Assembly (NCBI GenBank): GCA_965205975.1
Contig: OZ242195.1
Location: 3,712,001 to 3,776,000 of the forward strand
Source: Candidatus Latescibacterota bacterium
Lineage (GTDB): Bacteria > Latescibacterota > UBA2968
DNA length: 64,000 nt
Direction: 5' to 3'
Positions within the stretch are counted from its first letter, which is position 1; the number at the start of each line of letters is the position of its first letter. The translations under genes and the position numbers were made by a program. The notes below the pieces were generated by a model that was not told where the DNA came from, made no database searches, and worked only from the letters and a program-made list of their open reading frames with translations. Shown piece by piece: positions 17,993-27,595 of the stretch.

Positions 17993-18946
17993 ATGTCTGA
18001 CCACACCTTACAGCTTGCTGGCTCTATCGCTAAGTCATACTATGAGCGTGATTTTTATTCTCACCTGAGTATGCTTGCATCAGTTGAATTTGCTTTCAAT
18101 CCTGACTTATCTAAGGCAGGCCTGGAGTCTCCGTTCTCAGGATTCAAATTTGATCAACGCAAATATATTTCATTACAGCAAGCGGCTTTTGAGGAAGCTC
18201 CGCAAATAGAATCTGATGAAACTCCGGATGTCGATTGGGAGAAAATTGATAAAAAAGTATATGCATTTCAGAACCGACTTTACGGGACCATCAATGGCGA
18301 TCTAAATGATACGCGACTAAAAAAATTCACAGATTTTAGTGTCAAATGTTATGAGAAATGTATTACCTATGAATCTATGTATCCCCAATCTACCTCCAAT
18401 CCTTGGCAGCCGGTTGTAAAGATATTGGAGTGTGGTCGCCTACTGTACGTTTCGGATTCTTTGAATGAATTGAAAGATTTTACTAACTCTATTTCCAGAA
18501 GCGTTAGCGAAAAAAATCGGGGCAATATAGGCATCGTAGTAAAGGGTAAAGCACCAACTATACGTGGCTTTGTGATTGATGACCGCTATGATATACAGAA
18601 GATTGTCTATGCGTTTTTAAGGCGGGAAGCTCCGGATCATATGAGCCCCGTGAGTCTATCAACTATACAAGCCTATCTTAAGACGCTTAGACATAGTTGG
18701 TCTATTGATGCTATACAAATAAAAATAACAACCCCTCTAAAAAAGACCGGTTTTGTTGGTTCTACAGGCAAGGGTTTTTTCGTCATCCAAACCTCAGATG
18801 ATTTAATCGCCTCATATCGCTTCCATCTTACAAAAGTAGTTTCAATAAATACAATTATAGAACAGTATCACATTCGTTCCCGCGAATTTGGCGATATAGA
18901 TCTCCAGAAGGAATTTGGAGGCCCAACGATTAATCGGATTGATTGA
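17993..18946 (+). CDS. Hypothetical protein, possible C-terminal winged helix
   Basis: 317-aa AT-rich ORF 6 bp after the MTase; PLKKTGFVGSTGKGFFVIQTSDDL resembles a wHTH wing. Confidence 0.7.
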   Translation: MSDHTLQLAGSIAKSYYERDFYSHLSMLASVEFAFNPDLSKAGLESPFSGFKFDQRKYISLQQAAFEEAPQIESDETPDVDWEKIDKKVYAFQNRLYGTINGDLNDTRLKKFTDFSVKCYEKCITYESMYPQSTSNPWQPVVKILECGRLLYVSDSLNELKDFTNSISRSVSEKNRGNIGIVVKGKAPTIRGFVIDDRYDIQKIVYAFLRREAPDHMSPVSLSTIQAYLKTLRHSWSIDAIQIKITTPLKKTGFVGSTGKGFFVIQTSDDLIASYRFHLTKVVSINTIIEQYHIRSREFGDIDLQKEFGGPTINRID

Positions 18947-18970
18947 TTTCGGAAAGTCTTGATAGCAGCC

Positions 18971-19747
18971 ATGTTTATTACCGAAGCGCAAAAACAACAA
19001 TACAGAGACGAGGGTTATTTCATCCTCGAAGCCGTCATACCCGATCACCACCTCGAACTCCTGCGCGACGAATGCCAGACCTTCATCGACACCATGCACG
19101 CGCGCATGGATGAACAGGGCACGGACACCATCGGCATCAACCACCGCAACAAACGCTACTTCGTCTCCAACTGCTTTCGCCAGCAACCCAAACTCCGCGC
19201 CTTCCTCTTCAGCGACCTCATGGCCGAAATATGCCGAGCCACCCTCGGTGACAACGCATACCTCTTCTGGGAACAATACGTCGTCAAAGGTGCAGAAACC
19301 GGCATGAAATTCTCGTGGCATCAGGACTCGGGCTATGTCGGTTATCCCGACCACAAACCGTACCTCACCTGCTGGTGTGCATTGGATGACATGAGCGAAG
19401 AAAACGGCACCGTCCATCTCCTGCCCTATTCGCGCAGCGGTATTCGCTCTTGGGTACACCACATCGTCGAAGAAGGCAGCAACGACAAAGTCGGCTACTT
19501 TGGCAGCGACCCCGGCCTCATTGCAGAAGTTCCTGCAGGAAGCATAGTCGCCTTCTCCAGCATCGTCTTCCACAGCAGCAGCACCAACACCACCCCAAAA
19601 CTGCGCCGCGCGTACCTGGGCCAATACTCCTGTGAACCCATCCTATCCTCCGACGGCAGCAAACTCTGGGGCAACGCCGAACCCTTCCTCCGCAATGGCA
19701 AATCCACAGTCGGTGAACCCCCACCCGACCTGCCATCGAGATCATAA
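18971..19747 (+). CDS. PhyH family dioxygenase
   Basis: YRDEGY, WHQDSGY, TCWCALDD..ENG, FHSS..N. Confidence 0.92.
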   Translation: MFITEAQKQQYRDEGYFILEAVIPDHHLELLRDECQTFIDTMHARMDEQGTDTIGINHRNKRYFVSNCFRQQPKLRAFLFSDLMAEICRATLGDNAYLFWEQYVVKGAETGMKFSWHQDSGYVGYPDHKPYLTCWCALDDMSEENGTVHLLPYSRSGIRSWVHHIVEEGSNDKVGYFGSDPGLIAEVPAGSIVAFSSIVFHSSSTNTTPKLRRAYLGQYSCEPILSSDGSKLWGNAEPFLRNGKSTVGEPPPDLPSRS

Positions 19748-19748
19748 A

Positions 19749-21074
19749 CTAAAACTCCCGCCACCAGTACGGATTGGACAACTCCCCCGGATAATTGGAA
19801 TGAACCAATTCGTAAACCCCCGTACCTCGCCGATCTCTAAATACAAATTCGTAGCGCCGCGCGGTCTCGTAAAACCAGACCTCCGAAGGCTTCTGACCCG
19901 CTGCAGAAGTCCGATAATCAATATCATCGGGCGGTCCATACTGAATATAAACCCGTCCCCGGTCCGTATCTGATCCCCTTACGCCAGCCCCAAAATGCGT
20001 CTCCACATAATGCAGGCGCATCAAATGCTGCAACAGACGCTCATTGGTCGGCGTATCCAGCACATCGTCCAACTGCTTCCAAAACACCTTCAAAAACGCC
20101 AGTCTGGCGGGCCAGCTCTCCAGCGCGTCATAAGTCCGCCGCGTCTTCTCATCGGCGATATACCGGATATCTGCATAATACCCGATCAAATCCCTCTGTA
20201 CCTGAGTAAGCCCCTCGGGCAAATCTTTTGAAACCAGAAAAATGGGACGTCTCGTCTGAAAATACTGCCGGCTACTCCCATCAAACGCCTCCACCTGAAG
20301 ATCATAAGTCCCCTCCCGCAAACCCTCTGTATCCAGAACCTCCGCCCTCACACAACTCTCCCCCGGCTTTAAAAACCGCTTGGCCGGATAAGTACGCACA
20401 ACCATCCCCTCCGCATCGATCAGACGGTACCCCATAATAAAACTCTCTCCCGACGACGACAGATTATACACCTCAAAATAAATCTGTAGCGGCTCTCCGA
20501 TAACATAATTCCGAGTAATATTCGGCACGACCTTCCAGCCCTGCTTGACAAACCGATGGACTTCCCCGCTTCTCGCCACGCTAAAAGCCAACTGCAAATC
20601 GCTAAACACCAGCCCCGCACGACGCTCGTAATCCGGTATCTGAAGCGGCACAGTACAACGCCCGCTCTCCTCCGCATGAATATCCTTAATCTGCATAATC
20701 AGCCGATAAGCACCCGGCTTCAAATCAAAATAAACAGCATCCTTAAACGGTGCTCCGATCCCCACATCCAGCTCTGGAACAGCAACCTGCTGTACCCATG
20801 TCCGATGGACCACCCGATTGTCCAGCGTATCCAGCACCACAGCGACCAGAGAAATCTTCCCAACGGACTCCCCTTCCTGCTCCCGAAGCTCAAGCTGACT
20901 CGCATCCAGCAACAAAGCCACCTCCTGGCGGGTATATCCCTCGGGACCTCGAAAAGCCGACAAATCGACAAAAAAACGCAGGTTGCCCGTACTCGTCAAA
21001 GGCAAATCCTGCGCTCCTATGCCACCCGCATGCGACCAGATGAGCAGCACCGTGACACAACGTATCCATCTCAT
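19749..21074 (-). CDS. GWxTD domain-containing exported protein
   Basis: Signal peptide; FW..D....PTNE, GSDTDRGRVYIQYGPPD, EVWFY, FVF.D. Confidence 0.9.
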   Translation of the reverse strand: MRWIRCVTVLLIWSHAGGIGAQDLPLTSTGNLRFFVDLSAFRGPEGYTRQEVALLLDASQLELREQEGESVGKISLVAVVLDTLDNRVVHRTWVQQVAVPELDVGIGAPFKDAVYFDLKPGAYRLIMQIKDIHAEESGRCTVPLQIPDYERRAGLVFSDLQLAFSVARSGEVHRFVKQGWKVVPNITRNYVIGEPLQIYFEVYNLSSSGESFIMGYRLIDAEGMVVRTYPAKRFLKPGESCVRAEVLDTEGLREGTYDLQVEAFDGSSRQYFQTRRPIFLVSKDLPEGLTQVQRDLIGYYADIRYIADEKTRRTYDALESWPARLAFLKVFWKQLDDVLDTPTNERLLQHLMRLHYVETHFGAGVRGSDTDRGRVYIQYGPPDDIDYRTSAAGQKPSEVWFYETARRYEFVFRDRRGTGVYELVHSNYPGELSNPYWWREF

Positions 21075-21096
21075 GTCGATCCCCTATTTATTTTTC

Positions 21097-21876
21097 CTAT
21101 TGGGTCCACTCCTCACAGCCTTTAAATGGCATAGTCTCTCCCGGAACATATCGCGGGCGCGCCGCATACACATTTGGAACATCGGGATCAGCTTTGCCCC
21201 GCACGAGAATATTCTCGTGGTCTTCTCTATTCACCCAGGTACTCGTCGGGATATACCTCAACGTAAGACCAACGCGCCACTGGTCCGAAGTATTGGCATT
21301 GGAACCGTGGATAATATTCGGATTGTGGATCGAAACATCGCCCGCGTTGAGCTCCAGATCAACCGCATCCGAATCGTCGATCTGATCGGGATGAATACCC
21401 ACGCCGAGCACGTACTTTTCCTGATCCAGATCAATGAGATCGCGGCGCTGGAGCAAATGCTTATCATGCGTCCCCGGCAACACCCGCATACAGCCATTCT
21501 CAACCGTCGAAGGCGTCCCCGCAACCCACAAAGTCGTCACTTCCATTGGCTCGAGGGGCCAATAAGATCCATCTTGATGCCACTGCACAGCCTGACCATC
21601 GCCCGGGGGCTTGGCGATATAATGTGCGGCAAACATTGCGACATCGGGCCCGAGAAACTGTTCCGCAATATCCACAAGACGTTCATCCCCCACGAGCCGA
21701 TGCATAAATGGATCGCGAGCGAGCAAATTGTGATGCAAACGCTCTGGACGCACGCCGGGATTCCGCTCAATAAGCCAATAGACGTGTTGCACCGTCTCTT
21801 CTGCAAGTCCGGCATCAATCGCCTCACGCGCGATAGCATAGCCATTTTGATCGTATTCACATCGCAAATTATTCAT
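21097..21876 (-). CDS. PhyH family dioxygenase
   Basis: IAKPP, WHQDGSYW, ENGCMRVLPGTH, IHGSNANTSDQWR; start re-called to ATG 21876. Confidence 0.93.
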   Translation of the reverse strand: MNNLRCEYDQNGYAIAREAIDAGLAEETVQHVYWLIERNPGVRPERLHHNLLARDPFMHRLVGDERLVDIAEQFLGPDVAMFAAHYIAKPPGDGQAVQWHQDGSYWPLEPMEVTTLWVAGTPSTVENGCMRVLPGTHDKHLLQRRDLIDLDQEKYVLGVGIHPDQIDDSDAVDLELNAGDVSIHNPNIIHGSNANTSDQWRVGLTLRYIPTSTWVNREDHENILVRGKADPDVPNVYAARPRYVPGETMPFKGCEEWTQ

Positions 21877-21877
21877 A

Positions 21878-23335
21878 TCACCCCGATTTGATCTCTCGCA
21901 ACCGATCCGCCATCCGCTCGGCAACATCGGGATGGATCGACGCCACATTCTCAATCTGCCCGATATCGTCCGAAAGATAGTAAAGTTGCGGAACTGGAGA
22001 ATTGCCAGTCTCAATATTCACATTCGTATTCACAGGCGGACCCTGGTGCGGCGGAATAAACACCCAATCCCCCTGCCGCAAAACCGTCTTTGCCTGAACA
22101 CCCTCCAGAACGATCTCCGCACGCCCCTCATCGCTTTGCCCCAGCAGAGCATCGAGCACATCCACGCTATCGGGACCCGCATCCTCATCCAGCGAAACAC
22201 CTGCAAGAGCAGCAAAAGAAGCCAAAAAATCGACCTGACTGACCAGCGCCTCAGATTCCCCGGTCTCCACATTACCGGGCCACGAAACGATAAAAGGCAC
22301 GCGAGTACCCCCATCGTACATACTGTATTTTCCCCCGCGCAACGGACCTGCTGGTCGGTGATCGCCACACAGCTCAACCGCCTCGTCGTAATAACCATCA
22401 TTCAACACCGGACCATTATCGCTGGAAAAAACCACAATCGTATCTTCTTTCAAGCCACACCGATCAAGCGCATCGAGCATCTCGCCCACACACCAATCCA
22501 TCTCGGCAATCGCATCGCCACGCGGACCCAATCCAGTACTCCCCTCAAATCTGGGATGGGGCAGCCGCGGAACATGGGGTTGGTGGAAAGCGTAATACAA
22601 GAAAAAAGGACCATCCTTGTTCTTCTCGACAAATGAAACGGCCTTTTCCAAAAACACATCGGCCATATCTTCATCCACCCAAAGCGCAGCCTCGCCTCCT
22701 CTCATATACCCAATTCGACTCACGCCATTGACAATACTCATATCGTGTCCGTGGTGGAACTTCATCTTCAGCAACTCGGGATTGTCTTTCCCGGTCGGCA
22801 GCCCCGGAAACGGCTTATTCTTATCGTACTCCACCTCAATTGGATCGGACGGATCGAGACCCACCACATCTCTGCCATCCAGATACACACACGGCACGCG
22901 ATCATTGGTCGCAGCCATGATATAAGAATAGTCAAAACCAATATCCAGAGGTGTCAGCGGAAGCGGTTCATTCCAATTTTGATTCCCCTCGCCAATACCC
23001 AGATGCCATTTGCCAACAACACCCGTTGTATAACCGACCTCCTTGAGAACAGAAGGCAACGTAGCAGAACCGGGATCTATGATAAGCGGCGCATCGCCGG
23101 GCAAAATATGTGCGCGTTCATTGCGCCAGGAATAAGACCCCGTAAGCAAGCTATAGCGCGAAGGCGTACACGTCGCCGCCGTAGCATACCCGTGGTAAAA
23201 CACCAGCCCCTCGGAAGCTAACCGATCGATATTGGGCGTATCGAGCACCGTAGCACCGTAACAGCTCACATCTCCAAAACCGAGATCATCCGCGTACATA
23301 ACAACAATATTGGGACGCTTTCCCGAAACTCTCAT
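21878..23335 (-). CDS. Arylsulfatase (Cys-type, formylglycine-dependent)
   Basis: PNIV..ADDLG, CTPSR..LLTG, GKWHLG, SSDNG; start re-called at 23335 after RBS. Confidence 0.96.
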   Translation of the reverse strand: MRVSGKRPNIVVMYADDLGFGDVSCYGATVLDTPNIDRLASEGLVFYHGYATAATCTPSRYSLLTGSYSWRNERAHILPGDAPLIIDPGSATLPSVLKEVGYTTGVVGKWHLGIGEGNQNWNEPLPLTPLDIGFDYSYIMAATNDRVPCVYLDGRDVVGLDPSDPIEVEYDKNKPFPGLPTGKDNPELLKMKFHHGHDMSIVNGVSRIGYMRGGEAALWVDEDMADVFLEKAVSFVEKNKDGPFFLYYAFHQPHVPRLPHPRFEGSTGLGPRGDAIAEMDWCVGEMLDALDRCGLKEDTIVVFSSDNGPVLNDGYYDEAVELCGDHRPAGPLRGGKYSMYDGGTRVPFIVSWPGNVETGESEALVSQVDFLASFAALAGVSLDEDAGPDSVDVLDALLGQSDEGRAEIVLEGVQAKTVLRQGDWVFIPPHQGPPVNTNVNIETGNSPVPQLYYLSDDIGQIENVASIHPDVAERMADRLREIKSG

Positions 23336-23469
23336 ATTTTTTGTATCCTTTCTAATAGAACTACTGGCGCAATTGTGCCTCGTTGTGTACATTAGCTCGC
23401 AATATAGGAAGTTATTCAAACCGCAAGCAAGCGGAAATAATTGCCACACGTATTGTACAAGGAGGATAT

Positions 23470-24255
23470 ATGATTACACGATTGACGATTCTCGCATTAT
23501 TGTTGACCCTGACCGCCCCAAAAGCCATCGCGGAAACCAATCCCCCAGCCGAAGGATTCAACCAATCGGAATCCGACGCAAAAGCAATAGAAATTGCCGA
23601 TGCAGTCATGAAAAAAATGGGCGGATGGGAAAATTGGAATCAGACCCGATACATCACATGGCGTTTCTTTGGACGGCGCCTGCACGTATGGGACAAATGG
23701 ACGGGCAACCTGCGGCATGAAGACGGGGACATGCTCATCTTGACGAACATAAACACCAAAAAAGGCCGCGTCTGGTTCGGAGGAACAGAGCAAACAAACC
23801 CCGACTCAGTAAAAAAATATATGAACCAGGGTTACAGGCGGTGGATCAACGACTCTTACTGGCTGGTCATGCCCTATAAATTGAAAGACACAGGTGTCAC
23901 CTTAAAATACAGCGGCGAAGACAAAACCCTGGACGACCGCCCCGCACACAAATTGACCCTCACCTTTCAAAACACCGGCGTCACGCCGCGAAACAAATAC
24001 GATGTATGGGTAGATAAAGAGCACAACCTGGTCACAGAATGGGCTTTTTATCCCAGAGCATCGGACGCAGAACCGCGATTTCGCAACCCGTGGACAAATT
24101 GGACAAAACACGGCAACATCCTGCTCTCCGACGGACGCGGAACAACGCGCAGAGGCGAACGCAAGCATACGGATATAGCCGTCTTTGATACATTACCTGC
24201 TTCGGTATTCGAAAGCCCCGATCCCGTAGATATGATGGCGTTGAAGAATCGGTAA
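23470..24255 (+). CDS. Conserved-looking exported hypothetical protein
   Basis: AGGAGG RBS, signal peptide, MGG..W, WINDSYWLVMPYKL.D.GV.L. Confidence 0.8.
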   Translation: MITRLTILALLLTLTAPKAIAETNPPAEGFNQSESDAKAIEIADAVMKKMGGWENWNQTRYITWRFFGRRLHVWDKWTGNLRHEDGDMLILTNINTKKGRVWFGGTEQTNPDSVKKYMNQGYRRWINDSYWLVMPYKLKDTGVTLKYSGEDKTLDDRPAHKLTLTFQNTGVTPRNKYDVWVDKEHNLVTEWAFYPRASDAEPRFRNPWTNWTKHGNILLSDGRGTTRRGERKHTDIAVFDTLPASVFESPDPVDMMALKNR

Positions 24256-24260
24256 AAAGT

Positions 24261-24290
24261 ATCCGCAGATGGACGCAGATAGACACAGAT
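24261..24290. repeat. 10-nt periodic motif (NNNCRCAGAT x3)
   Basis: atccgcagat ggacgcagat agacacagat; matches 60212-60241. Confidence 0.8.
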
Positions 24291-24349
24291 AAAAAAATCG
24301 AATGTAGGGCCTGTCCAAAGTGAATTACTGGTTCGGCCTATAGTCATTG

Positions 24350-24381
24350 AAAAATCCCGTTAGAACTTTAACGGGATTTTT
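24350..24381. terminator. Bidirectional intrinsic terminator
   Basis: aaaaatcccgtta-loop-taacgggattttt between convergent genes. Confidence 0.85.
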
Positions 24382-24824
24382 TATTTTTCCAAGATACGCT
24401 TCAGCGAATCAAAACCGCCCTGAAAAACCCCATTACCGATAAAATCGACCAGTTCATCTTCTTCATCTGCCGGACAGCCAAATTCTGCGGTCCACTGAAT
24501 ATACGTCCGATTGCCATCCGTAATAGGCGTCAAACTCAAAGTCGCCACATAGTCTTCAACCGACATAGGCGACTCGAGAATAGAATACGTACACGTAAAA
24601 GTAACATCGCTCAACGTCAGCAATTGTTCGCGAATATTGCCGCCATCATGCAAATTAAAATTGCGAATACAGCCCACGCTATCGCTGGATTCACCACCTT
24701 CAATATGGCTATCTGCAATCGCGGGATGCCATTCGGGCAGCGCATTAAAATCGCGAATTTTTTCCCACACAGCATCTACTGAAGCATCGAGCACTGAACT
24801 GACAAAAACACTGGCCTTGGCCAT
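24381..24824 (-). CDS. SRPBCC/polyketide cyclase family protein
   Basis: VW.KIRDFN.LP.WHP, VGCIR, IREQL, YVATL. Confidence 0.9.
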   Translation of the reverse strand: MAKASVFVSSVLDASVDAVWEKIRDFNALPEWHPAIADSHIEGGESSDSVGCIRNFNLHDGGNIREQLLTLSDVTFTCTYSILESPMSVEDYVATLSLTPITDGNRTYIQWTAEFGCPADEEDELVDFIGNGVFQGGFDSLKRILEK

Positions 24825-24884
24825 CTCATCCTCCTCTATGTGTTATTATTATTTTAATAGCATAGCAAGTTGGTAGAATACAGC

Positions 24885-25979
24885 TTAAGATGCAACCTCT
24901 TTCCATTGCAAGCGGACTTTAAGTCCATTCAACTCCCTCCAGGGAAGATGGCCTTCATGTTGAAGCCTCCCGACGACGATACCCGGGGCAATACCCTGTT
25001 CTTCAGCGAATGCACAAACCATCTCCTCTTCGCACGGACAACTTGCAACAAACCGCTCCCACTCGCGCTTCGGCACTAGCCTGTTTGTCGCCCATTCATT
25101 CGCTTCGGCTTCAAGGTCTGCTATCTCACCCTGTTTCATGCCATCAATAAATACGCTCTTCTTGCTATGGAGAAGAACATGCGCGGCCTCGTGGAACAAG
25201 CTGAACCACAAATGGTCGTCTGTCTTGTAGCGTGCGCTCAACTGGATTATAGCCTTCCGAGGGGAAAGCCACCACGCTGCACCACTAAGGGCTGTTTTCG
25301 GCAGAGGCTTGATCAGAGCCAGAGCAACGCCAGCTTGATTGCAGAGTTGTTGTGCAGCGGGTAGCCCTTTTTCTATTGACACTTGAGTCAGCCCGCGAAT
25401 CTCTTGTAACGCCTGCTTAAAGCGCGTCTCATTGTATTTGGCACAAGCCTGTTGTTCAGCATCAAGCTCTCCGAGCCGGAGCCACGTTGCCAGCGCAATC
25501 TCATCGCTCTCAAAACTCGGCGAATGTCGATATGCTACATTCGCCAAACTATATTTCAGGTGCCAAGCCTTAATCGAACCAACGCCGAAAAATGAGAGCA
25601 ACCCAGACACAGACTCCACATCTGACTTTGACTTGCGAAGAACACCCCGTTTTACGAGTTCATTAACCGGAAACTGTTTCAACCACTCTGAAGATTTGGC
25701 GGCATTCTCCGCCTCGGATTCTCGGGCGCATTGAAGACGGTAGGCGGCCTCAATGCCGAGCCATACGTTCGCGTCAACGCCCAGCACCCTTTCAAACTGT
25801 AATGCCGTCACTGGCTCAAGGGAAGCTTTTCCCGAAATGATCTCACTAATCAGCTTCGGAGAGCGCCCGCACCGCCGCGCAAATTCAGCCTGGGATATGC
25901 CTTGCACTTCTAAACGCTCCTCCAAAATCCAACCCGGCGGGACCGCATAGTCTGGACGATACTCATGAACTGCTGCCAT
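24885..25979 (-). CDS. higA: HigA-family antitoxin fused to ImmA/IrrE metallopeptidase
   Basis: PPG.ILEE.L..ISQAEFARR HTH; WFSLFHEAAH (HExxH), EAEANEWA. Confidence 0.93.
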   Translation of the reverse strand: MAAVHEYRPDYAVPPGWILEERLEVQGISQAEFARRCGRSPKLISEIISGKASLEPVTALQFERVLGVDANVWLGIEAAYRLQCARESEAENAAKSSEWLKQFPVNELVKRGVLRKSKSDVESVSGLLSFFGVGSIKAWHLKYSLANVAYRHSPSFESDEIALATWLRLGELDAEQQACAKYNETRFKQALQEIRGLTQVSIEKGLPAAQQLCNQAGVALALIKPLPKTALSGAAWWLSPRKAIIQLSARYKTDDHLWFSLFHEAAHVLLHSKKSVFIDGMKQGEIADLEAEANEWATNRLVPKREWERFVASCPCEEEMVCAFAEEQGIAPGIVVGRLQHEGHLPWRELNGLKVRLQWKEVAS

Positions 25980-25993
25980 TGCTCGCTCCTTGT

Positions 25994-26329
25994 TCAGTGG
26001 TAGTCGATCACTTCAATGATCGTGATAGCACTCACTTTCTTCGCATCTATTCCTCCATCTTCCTTCCGTGGTATAGGATTGTGATTAGGCTCAAAAATTA
26101 GCCGATAGGGATAGACAAGATTAACGGCATATTGCTCGTCGCGATCTCCTCGAAGCTGGTGACGCCGATCTGGTGGAGTCGTGGGCACCTGCTCTAATGT
26201 CTCAGCGGCCTTTAGCGTAGCGAGGCGGATCATAATCACCTTTGCCATACGAGGGCCATACACCCTTTGGAGTAAGCGCGCAGAGTTAAAAGTTCTCGCG
26301 GTCTTACTTGTTCGAAAGGTGATGTCCAA
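25994..26329 (-). CDS. higB: HigB-like (RelE fold) toxin
   Basis: HQLRGDR..YAVNL..PYRLIF...IEVIDYH; toxin-first order. Confidence 0.88.
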   Translation of the reverse strand: MDITFRTSKTARTFNSARLLQRVYGPRMAKVIMIRLATLKAAETLEQVPTTPPDRRHQLRGDRDEQYAVNLVYPYRLIFEPNHNPIPRKEDGGIDAKKVSAITIIEVIDYH

Positions 26330-26359
26330 TACCCCGACTCCTATTAATCGATTTTTTCG

Positions 26360-26374
26360 TTACCTAATAGGTAA
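26360..26374. promoter_or_regulatory. Putative HigA operator
   Basis: TTACCTA-a-TAGGTAA perfect inverted repeat about 30 bp upstream of higB. Confidence 0.65.
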
Positions 26375-26541
26375 TATATTATCAGATTTTATTTAGAGAG
26401 GCAAGAAGAATCTGGCAGCAGGAGCACCGCTGTCTGGAGACCAGTGTGAAAAGCCTCTTTGCCAGACCATATTAACCTGCTATATTCCTGAACCTGCTAT
26501 TTATCACCTGATCAATAACATCTCAGTTTTCGGAGGTCAGC

Positions 26542-27591
26542 ATGGAGCTATTAAAAGAATTGTGTGAATGTTCGGGAGTACCTGGGCGCGAAGAGCGATT
26601 GCGCGAAATCGTGCGGCGAGAGTTGGAACCCATCGCAGATGACCTTCGCGTAGATGGGATGGGCAACTTAATTATAAAAAAGAACGCAAGCGCGGGCGAA
26701 AATTCAAAAAAACTGATGCTGGCCGCGCACATGGACGAAATAGGCTTTGTCGTATCCCACATCGACAAACAGGGACTCTTGCGCCTCGTACCTCTGGGCG
26801 GGCACGACCCGCGCAACATGGTCGCACAACGAGTCACCGTCGCCGGCACAGAAAAAGATTACACGGGCCTGCTCTACCCCGGTGTAAAACCACCGCATAT
26901 CCAGACAGAAGCCGACCGCAACAAAAAACTGGACGTCAGCGACTTTGTCGTAGATCTCTACATGTCAGCCGACGACGTCAAAGAAGAAATCGAAATCGGC
27001 GCAATGGTAACACTGCAACGCGACTTTGTCGAAATTGGCGATGGCGTAAGTTGTAAAGCCATGGACAACCGGCTCGCCGTATATGTCATGATCGAAGCCG
27101 TAAAACGGGCCGAAACCTTCGCCTTTGAAACATATCCCGTAGCCACAGTACAGGAAGAAATTGGACTGCGAGGCGCAACCGCGAGTGCTTTTGGCGTAAA
27201 CCCAGACGTAGGCGTAGCCCTGGACATCACACTGGCAGCCGACATACCGGGCATCCCCGAGCACGAACAGGTCACATGCCTGGGAGAAGGTACTGCAATA
27301 AAAATTCAGGACTCCAGTTCAATCTCACACCCGGGATTAGTCGCGCACATGAAAACCCTCGCAAAAGAGCGCGACATCAAATACCAGATGGAAATACTGC
27401 CTCGGGGCGGCACAGACGCAGGCGGAATACAGCGAATTCGAGCTGGCGTACCCGTAATCACCCTCTCCATCCCCACGCGGTACGTACACACATCCATCGA
27501 ATTGGCCGACAAAGACGATATCGAAGCCACCATTCAACTATTAGCCGCCTTTCTCGAAGAAGGCCATCGCACGGATTGGGATATGGTGTGA
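26542..27591 (+). CDS. M42 family metallo-aminopeptidase
   Basis: AHMDEIG, KAMDNR, VQEEIGLRGA, GGTDAG, RYVH. Confidence 0.96.
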   Translation: MELLKELCECSGVPGREERLREIVRRELEPIADDLRVDGMGNLIIKKNASAGENSKKLMLAAHMDEIGFVVSHIDKQGLLRLVPLGGHDPRNMVAQRVTVAGTEKDYTGLLYPGVKPPHIQTEADRNKKLDVSDFVVDLYMSADDVKEEIEIGAMVTLQRDFVEIGDGVSCKAMDNRLAVYVMIEAVKRAETFAFETYPVATVQEEIGLRGATASAFGVNPDVGVALDITLAADIPGIPEHEQVTCLGEGTAIKIQDSSSISHPGLVAHMKTLAKERDIKYQMEILPRGGTDAGGIQRIRAGVPVITLSIPTRYVHTSIELADKDDIEATIQLLAAFLEEGHRTDWDMV

Positions 27592-27595
27592 TAGG

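Noticed and set aside
20983..22636. Long + strand ORFs (302 and 234 aa)
   Set aside because: Antisense to PhyH and sulfatase with no motifs; expected from codon bias
26401..26520. Possible structured RNA upstream of the M42 peptidase (tctggca..tgccaga; aacctgctat x2)
   Set aside because: Short stems only, no second copy and no known motif
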